From Rhodospirillaceae bacterium (GTDB lineage: Bacteria > Pseudomonadota > Alphaproteobacteria > GCA-2731375), in NCBI GenBank assembly GCA_018660265.1, contig JABJKS010000013.1, positions 10,603 to 74,602 of the forward strand: 64,000 bases of DNA, read 5' to 3'. Shown here piece after piece: positions 59,809 through 64,000 of this stretch. How positions within the stretch are numbered: position 1 is the first letter of the stretch; each line of letters starts with the position of its first letter. Below the pieces are notes generated by a model. It was not told where the DNA came from and searched no databases. It saw only the letters and a program-made list of their open reading frames with translations. A program made the translations under genes and the position numbers.

Positions 59809-61136
59809 CGTTGATACCCTTCACCGGAAGTGATGGCCCGCTTGGGGTCATACAATGTTTCTATTTTGCCCTCGGCGACGTCTTCCAAATAGGCTTCGAA
59901 TTCCGCCTTCGCGGTCTGCCAATCAATGCCAAGTTTTTCCATCAGCCCTTCGAAGGGCGAGGCATGCCAATGCAATTGCACGATCTTGTAGGGATGCGCC
60001 CCGCACAGCAATGCCGCCATTTGACAATCAGCCATTACAGGCAGTGCATAATCCTTGCCCACCGCCTTGCCGATCCATTGGTTCTTGTCCAGGGTCGTAA
60101 TGCAGCCCGTATCGTGACCTACCATGACGTCCGCGTGGGCCTCCTCAACCGCGACCTTGATCTTACGGTCGATGGCGAAGGAGCGGGTAAACTCCCGCTC
60201 TGAAATGATGTGGCGAAAGCCAAAGCCGCAGCAATCATACCAGGTGGAGTAATCGATCACCTGGGTGCCCATCTCCTGCATGATGCCGGTGGAAACCGCG
60301 ACCCGGTTACCGTCCAGGACATCATCGTCATAGATCACATCCTCCGGCACCATCTTGTAGACATGACAGGCAGGATGGATCGTCACACGCAAACTCGAGG
60401 CGTCAATTTGCTGCTTCGCCGCAATCCGCTGGCGCATGACATGCAGCCATTCGGAATAGTGCACGATCTCCTCGGGGATCAACAACTTGCCGTCAATCAG
60501 GCGGTCCAGCTTGGCCAAAATTTTGCGGACCTGCTCCCTTAATTCAGCCGAATGCATCAGGAAATGACGAATTTCCTTGTAGTTGCCGAACGAAGTGCCG
60601 CAATGCACCAGGGGATAATAATAACCTGGATCGAGACCTTCCGCCTGGGCCGAGACATAGGCCTGATGGAAATTGCGCAAAAACACCGCCGCCAGGGAAA
60701 CGATGTTGCCAATGCCAGAGCCATGGTAGTTCCAGGCCGTGCACGAGGTCTGATCTGTTTCATCCAGATAGCGGGTCCCGGTCTGGTTCATCAGCCACAA
60801 CAGAGAGGCCGGATAGCCGGGAATATTGCCGCATTGCCCACAGGATTTGTGATGCCAAAGCTGGTTGGTGGGAATTTTCTTGTCCCAGCCATAGAGCGTC
60901 TTGGCCATCACGGGTTCATGTTGATCGCCAACACGATGGACGATGATCTCACCGTCTTTTTCCAGCTCCCACATAGCATCGCGCACGTCTTCGACACGAT
61001 CCTTGTTGGTCAGCATGGCCCGCTTATCAATCTTTAGCTCGACCCAGGATGTCGCGGTGGCGGCGTCCTGCGCGCTTAGCTTCGCATCACGCCATTCTTC
61101 CCCATGGCCGGTAAATTTCTCGCCGCTATTGCTCAT
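59805..61136 (-). CDS. shdrB1: sHdr subunit B1
   Basis: HHKSCGQCGNIPGY, TSCTAWNYHG, HCGTSFG, DCCGFGF and HDTGC motifs. Confidence 0.92.
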   Translation of the reverse strand: MSNSGEKFTGHGEEWRDAKLSAQDAATATSWVELKIDKRAMLTNKDRVEDVRDAMWELEKDGEIIVHRVGDQHEPVMAKTLYGWDKKIPTNQLWHHKSCGQCGNIPGYPASLLWLMNQTGTRYLDETDQTSCTAWNYHGSGIGNIVSLAAVFLRNFHQAYVSAQAEGLDPGYYYPLVHCGTSFGNYKEIRHFLMHSAELREQVRKILAKLDRLIDGKLLIPEEIVHYSEWLHVMRQRIAAKQQIDASSLRVTIHPACHVYKMVPEDVIYDDDVLDGNRVAVSTGIMQEMGTQVIDYSTWYDCCGFGFRHIISEREFTRSFAIDRKIKVAVEEAHADVMVGHDTGCITTLDKNQWIGKAVGKDYALPVMADCQMAALLCGAHPYKIVQLHWHASPFEGLMEKLGIDWQTAKAEFEAYLEDVAEGKIETLYDPKRAITSGEGYQR

Positions 61137-61176
61137 CGCCTAACTCCCCATTGCAAACGAGCTTAAGTGATCGTGC

Positions 61177-61974
61177 TTAATCATCGTCATCGTCATCGTC
61201 ATCATCGTCCTGCTCTTCGAGCCAGTCTTCGTAATCTTCGCGCTTTTCATCCATAATATCGACGACCACATCGAACAGATTTTCATCCATGGTTTCCAAT
61301 TGATCGAGGACCCCGCTGTCTTCCCAGATCGTGTATAGCTCAATCGAGGTTTTCAGGTTGACCGCCCAGGCGGTCTCCAGGGTGTGAAGGGTTGGCATGG
61401 GAATGGCCTTGCGCAGGATATTCAGCGGTGCCTCAACCTTGGAAATATTCGGTCCCCAATCGGGGAAATGATCCGGCGTGATCATATTCGGTGCCAATTG
61501 GTTGCCTGTGGACATCACCTTCAACATCACGCGGGAGAATGGGCGCAGGACTTCCTTGGCCGATTCCATGCCGTGCTTGATGGCAACCTCGCGCATCACC
61601 ATCACAAGGCCGCCGGGTGAATTGCCGAACGGACAGCGCGCCGCGCAGGTATAGCATTGAGCGCAGGCCCAGATTTTTTCCTGCATGGCATCATGGATGC
61701 CTTCAAGATTTTCCGTCCATAACAGCTGTACGATTTCGCGCGGGGAATAGTCGTAATAATGCGCGGATGGACAAGTTGCCGTGCAGATGCCGCAATTCAA
61801 ACAGCCGTTCAGCTCGTGATCGTAACGGGGGTGGCTGCTGATATCATCGAAGATCTGTTCCAACTCTTCCCTATCAACAGGCGCATCGGCGCTGACAGGA
61901 TCAGCGATTACCGTGGCATTTGCCTTTGCGTTTGATGGGGCCGAAGTTGTCATCGTCTCAGGCTCAACATTCAA
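61177..61974 (-). CDS. shdrC1: sHdr subunit C1 (2x[4Fe-4S], acidic tail)
   Basis: CLNCGICTATCP and CAQCYTCAARCP; alternative start ATG 61953. Confidence 0.9.
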   Translation of the reverse strand: MNVEPETMTTSAPSNAKANATVIADPVSADAPVDREELEQIFDDISSHPRYDHELNGCLNCGICTATCPSAHYYDYSPREIVQLLWTENLEGIHDAMQEKIWACAQCYTCAARCPFGNSPGGLVMVMREVAIKHGMESAKEVLRPFSRVMLKVMSTGNQLAPNMITPDHFPDWGPNISKVEAPLNILRKAIPMPTLHTLETAWAVNLKTSIELYTIWEDSGVLDQLETMDENLFDVVVDIMDEKREDYEDWLEEQDDDDDDDDDD

Positions 61975-61982
61975 TTCTGTGA

Positions 61983-62363
61983 TCAGTAAGTCAGAACGCG
62001 GGTGTCGTCGTCTTCCATGACCTGTTCAATCAGGTAAGCGCCACCCACCACGCCGGAACATTCCGGGATCAGGTCATCTTCCGTCATGTCGAACAGATCA
62101 AGATTGGGTGAGCAGCAGCGAAACACCACGCCGGCCTCGTGGGCATCCTTGATGAAATCATAGACACTCTTGGGCGAGCCTTCTTTAACAAACAGCTTTT
62201 CCGCCACACCCTTGCGCATCAATTGCCCGGCGGTTGCCGTGCAAACCACCTCAACCTCATATTCCATGGCCGCAGCAACGGTCGCCTGAAAGAACGGCGC
62301 GCCTAACTCCTCCGCATTGCGTGGGTCCGTGTTGACCATGATGATCACCAGCTTATCGGCCAT
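61983..62363 (-). CDS. dsrE3C: DsrE3C-type sulfurtransferase
   Basis: ELGAPFFQATVAAAM and CCSP motifs; immediately upstream of shdrC1. Confidence 0.8.
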   Translation of the reverse strand: MADKLVIIMVNTDPRNAEELGAPFFQATVAAAMEYEVEVVCTATAGQLMRKGVAEKLFVKEGSPKSVYDFIKDAHEAGVVFRCCSPNLDLFDMTEDDLIPECSGVVGGAYLIEQVMEDDDTRVLTY

Positions 62364-62391
62364 GCGCTCTTCCATCCAGTATCCAAGAATT

Positions 62392-62419
62392 TATCATATG
62401 CAATTTATTGCAAATGATA
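62392..62419. promoter_or_regulatory. 13-2-13 inverted repeat, candidate ArsR-type (sHdrR/SoxR) operator
   Basis: TATCATATGCAAT-TT-ATTGCAAATGATA, 12/13 complementary, in the lipX-dsrE3C spacer. Confidence 0.65.
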
Positions 62420-62446
62420 GTCAAAAAGTCCATCGCCAAAAGGCGT

Positions 62447-63154
62447 TTATGTTTGGCCGTCACGTTTCATCCAGCCGGTCCGCTGGATCAAGCCGACCAT
62501 GATCTTTTGCAGGCTGCGCTCAATTTCCAAGTGGGCCGCGCGCAATTTTTTCAGCTCCGGTATCGCGTGTTCGGGACTATCCTCGAATTCCATGATCAGA
62601 TCTTCGATGATGCCTGACTTGACGCCCGGATTGCCGGCAAAGCCGAAACTGTTTTCAGCCACCTGAAAGACCATGGCCACGCCGTCGCTATCGCTGGCCA
62701 ACACCTGCGCGCTTGCAGGCGGCAAGGCGCGGTCACGGCCATATCGGACAATGGGAAACGTCGCGGGCAAAAACGCCGCCGCTTCGTTGTCGCTGGCGCG
62801 GATTGCTTGCACCAATTCAAATTCGAAAGGCGTCGCCTCACTGCGACCACCTGCGGCCGTTGCCAGGATCTGGGCCCCAAGGCCAAATCCGATTACGGCC
62901 AGACCGTCGCCGAGGTAACGCCTGCAGAGCTCAATCTCGGACGCGAGTGAGGGCACATCACGTTGTCCCGCACTCCCCCAGGGACCACCATCCAGCAATA
63001 TCAAGCCGTCGAATGGATCAAAGGTTTTTAGCTCCCAGCTTTGGTCCACAAAGGGGCGAATGTATTGGAAAGCGACGCGGCGAGCCTCCAAATGATCCTC
63101 AATTAAACCGAGAAATTCAGATTCCGTGTGCTGCAGGACCAGAAGCTTGCTCAT
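62447..63154 (-). CDS. lipX: Class I glutamine-amidotransferase-like protein (LipX position)
   Basis: VLQHTESEFLG, DGGP and GxGLGAQ motifs; directly upstream of dsrE3C. Confidence 0.7.
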   Translation of the reverse strand: MSKLLVLQHTESEFLGLIEDHLEARRVAFQYIRPFVDQSWELKTFDPFDGLILLDGGPWGSAGQRDVPSLASEIELCRRYLGDGLAVIGFGLGAQILATAAGGRSEATPFEFELVQAIRASDNEAAAFLPATFPIVRYGRDRALPPASAQVLASDSDGVAMVFQVAENSFGFAGNPGVKSGIIEDLIMEFEDSPEHAIPELKKLRAAHLEIERSLQKIMVGLIQRTGWMKRDGQT

Positions 63155-63304
63155 TACGTCTTCGCCTATCCTCACATTGTTCGCCGTTGACACTCAGACC
63201 TATTATTGCTTTTACCGGTGCCTGGGAATAGCCATTCTAAAAAATTCGGTTCATTTCCATTGTAATCTAAACACCTTTTTTAATACGCCCAGGAGCCACC
63301 AATC

Positions 63305-64000
63305 ATGCGTCTGCGAATTCTCGATTTTGGTTTGGTTACGCGTATTCGCAGCCAGGCGATTTTCCATGGTCTTGCATTCAATATGGCGGATGACGACGAT
63401 CCCTTGCTTTGCCTGTGCAGTCCGGACGCGCCATACGTCTGCATTGGCGTACACCAGGAAATCGCCTTGGAAGTTGACGAAGACTATTGCCAGCAAAACG
63501 AACTGCCGATCTATCGTCGGCACGTGGGCGGCGGCGCGGTCTATCTGGACCAAAACCAGCTGTTCACCCATTTCATCTATCCGCGCAAGAAGGCACCGGA
63601 ATATGCCGTCAATCTGTACCCCAGGTTTATTGAACCGGTGGTGCGGACCTATCAGGATTTTGGCGTTGATGCGGCCTACCGCCCCATTAACGACATCCAT
63701 GTGCGGGGCCGGAAAATCGGTGGCACGGGGGCTGCCAGTCTGGGTGAGGCGACGGTCATGGCGGGCAGTTTCATGTTTGATTTCGATACCGAAAAGATGT
63801 CGAAATGCCTGAAAGTGCCGTCGGAGAAATTCCGCGACAAGCTGAAATCAGGCCTCGACGACTACATGACCACCATTGTCAAGGAACTCGACAGCCCGCC
63901 GCCCCGAGAGGAGCTGTTGCAACATTTCTATGACCACTGCCGCGATTGCCTCGACGTTACCCCGACGCCCGATAAGCCGACAGACAGCGAAATTGCAGCG
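63305..64000 (+). CDS. Lipoate:protein ligase (sLpl(AB)-type), partial, not in ORF track
   Basis: AGGAG RBS at 63291, ATG 63305; MRLRILDFG...SQAIFH...IGVHQ...RRHVGGGAVYLD...NDIHVRGRKIGGTG. Confidence 0.9.
   Translation, partial: MRLRILDFGLVTRIRSQAIFHGLAFNMADDDDPLLCLCSPDAPYVCIGVHQEIALEVDEDYCQQNELPIYRRHVGGGAVYLDQNQLFTHFIYPRKKAPEYAVNLYPRFIEPVVRTYQDFGVDAAYRPINDIHVRGRKIGGTGAASLGEATVMAGSFMFDFDTEKMSKCLKVPSEKFRDKLKSGLDDYMTTIVKELDSPPPREELLQHFYDHCRDCLDVTPTPDKPTDSEIAA

Noticed and set aside
63126-63812. 228-aa plus-strand ORF and 149-aa minus-strand ORF
   Set aside because: Wrong frames; the real gene is the lipoate ligase starting at 63305 and running off the end.

Overview
GC-rich, gene-dense bacterial DNA, probably alphaproteobacterial (inferred from a PAS_5 protein, CtrA-like boxes and a Hyphomicrobium-type sHdr gene order). 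From left to right: (1) 1-16.5 kb holds catabolic redox genes (UbiD C-terminus, two ThDP enzymes, SDR, FAD monooxygenase, BVMO, LLM, epoxide hydrolase, PhyH). (2) A 5.27-kb integrase-less insert is bounded by a 32-bp direct repeat of a ThDP-gene 3' end. It carries an acyl-CoA ligase, a citrate-synthase-like gene, a methyltransferase and an active-site-altered orphan leuC flanked by two ~70-bp palindromic elements. (3) tex is followed by a DUF3068/PorA-like gene and a hybrid histidine kinase. (4) A divergent 7-gene cluster (TPR-GT41 glycosyltransferase, TylF, Glf-like, B12 radical SAM, epimerase | FkbM, radical SAM/SPASM) has a shared CtrA-like 20-bp motif upstream of both arms. This is the best candidate for an undescribed protein-glycosylation system using a heavily modified sugar. 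(5) More oxidoreductases follow, including an internally deleted molybdoenzyme gene. (6) An IS6-built mosaic contains the methylamine module mgsABC-gmaS and an LLM/SnoaL/TauD module. (7) A cysteine desulfurase precedes a complete type I sHdr-LbpA sulfur-oxidation cluster, which has a candidate ArsR-type operator and a divergent lipoate ligase running off the window end. All family calls come from motif recognition by eye; no database searches were run. No tRNA, rRNA or CRISPR array was seen.
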